NCBI RefSeq assembly: GCF_009914755.1
Contig: NC_060940.1
Strand: one strand, 5' to 3'
Source: the human T2T-CHM13v2.0 reference genome, Homo sapiens
DNA: 64,000 nt
Below the pieces are notes generated by a model, which did no database searches, had not been told where the DNA came from, and saw only the letters and a list, made by a program, of their open reading frames with translations. The translations under genes and the position numbers were made by a program. Shown here one piece after another: positions 62,731 to 64,000 of the stretch; position 1 is the first letter of the stretch, and each line of letters begins with the position of its first letter.

Positions 62731-64000
62731 GAAAATGGGCACTGAGCACTGGGTTGTTGCTCTTGAATACCTGAAAAGGGCAAGCAGCTGGGTAATGGGC
62801 AGAAACTGGAAGAATCTGGAGGAGCAGGCTAGAAAAAAAACCTAGAGTCTGATGAGGGCTTCGGATACAAGAAGACTAGGGAAGGTTGGGAACTCCTTAG
62901 CAAGTGGTTAGTGGTCCAGACCAGAATGCTGATATAAATATGAACAGTAAAGGTCATTCTGACAAGGTTTCAGATGGAACTGGAGGACAAGGTGCTAGAA
63001 ACTGGGGTAAAGGTCTTCCTTATTATAAATTCACGAAGAAGTGGGCTGAATGAACTGTACTTACGTTTGAGGGCTTTGTGGAAGGCCAAACTGAAAGTGA
63101 TGAATGCGGTTATTTGACAGAAGAAATTTCCCAGCAAAATACAGAAGAAGCTTCATGGTTTCTTTTTACCACTTATGAGATTTGGAAACAAAGGAACAAT
63201 TAAAAGACAGAATTTACAATTAAAAGGGAAGCAGAGCAGAAAGATTTGGAAAACTTTCAGCCTGACCATGTGAAAAGCAAAGTGTATTTGAGAGAGCAAA
63301 CCAAAGGTGTAGCCCCGCAATCTTTTGCCAAAGAAATTAGTAGGGAAAGAAGGGGATCATCAAGAGAATGGAAAAAAAAAAGTCATTTCAGAGCTCTTCA
63401 AGGCATCCCCTACCATCACAGGTCCAGAGGCCTAGGAGGGCAGATGGGTTTAGGGGATAGACCTGGGGCCCCCTCCACAGGCTCCCAGGACGCCTCAGGT
63501 CTCTCCTCCCTGAGTTTGAATGCGGTGCTCCTGGGCCACTTCAGCTGTGGCAAATGTGTCCCCAGGTGTGGCTTGACTTGTCATTTAGAGAGATACAAGC
63601 TGTAAGCCTTGAAGACTTCCATGTGATACTAATTTGCAGGCTTACAGAAAGCAAGAGCTGTGGAGGACTGACAGCTTCCACCCAGATTTCAAGGGATTTT
63701 GTCAAAAGCCTGAGGGACCCAGGCAGATACTTGTCACTAGGGTAGAGCTGTCACAGAGAGGCTTCGCTACAGCAATGCTGAGCAGAAATATGGATTTGAA
63801 GCTGCAACAGAGTCCCCAGCCGGGACCGCCACAAAGCTATCAACAACTGGGAGAGCTGGGGTTTCTGAGCCCAGCAAAACCACAGGAGTGGGGCTGTCAG
63901 AGGCACTGGAGGCACAATCCCCCCCACCGATGTAGAGAGGATACTTCATAACATTGAATCAAAGAAGATTATGCTGACATCTTAAAATCCAATGTCTACG
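62731..64000 (+). mobile_element. MST internal (MaLR-int) sequence, continues past the window
   Basis: Directly follows the LTR; GGGTAATGGGCAGA, GACCAGAATGCTGAT, GGAAGCAGAGC...TTTGGAAAACTTTCAGCCTG, CCACCCAGATTTCA are typical of MaLR internal sequence. Confidence 0.85.

Noticed and set aside
63246-63951. ORFs of 105-119 aa near the window end
   Set aside because: Decayed MaLR internal sequence with broken frames.

Overview
AT-rich, repeat-dense primate DNA (human or great-ape-like), either intergenic or deep intronic. I cannot support any cellular protein-coding exon, RNA gene or CRISPR array. The long ORFs are LINE-1 ORF0/ORF1/ORF2 remnants or chance frames in Alu/LTR sequence. The notable content is retrotransposon architecture. 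(1) A full-length L1PA2-like element, L1-A (25894-31926), sits inside an Alu with a 15-bp TSD and keeps its antisense ORF0. (2) A second near-full-length L1, L1-B (~53669-59249), has lost a GT-AG intron from its 5'UTR exactly, making it a spliced integrated element (SpIRE97/622 type). It keeps the ~129-bp ZNF93-target segment and has no TSD. (3) These two L1s have 5' ends of different subfamily type but share unusual inactivating ORF2 lesions (EN D145G, a -1 and a +1 frameshift, and others). This points to ectopic gene conversion, a defective co-mobilised lineage, or an assembly/polishing artefact. (4) An Alu / inverted-L1 / L1-3'-tail composite lies under one TSD; about 3.45 kb of L1 is missing at the inversion junction, which falls on the 3'UTR G-tract. 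(5) A five-layer nest L1M > AluJ > THE1 > Alu > LTR12 has readable TSDs for the three inner layers. (6) A ~550-bp non-tandem local duplication without TSD is inserted into an ancient L1M. Subfamily names come from recalled consensus features, not from a database search, and boundaries of old elements are approximate.
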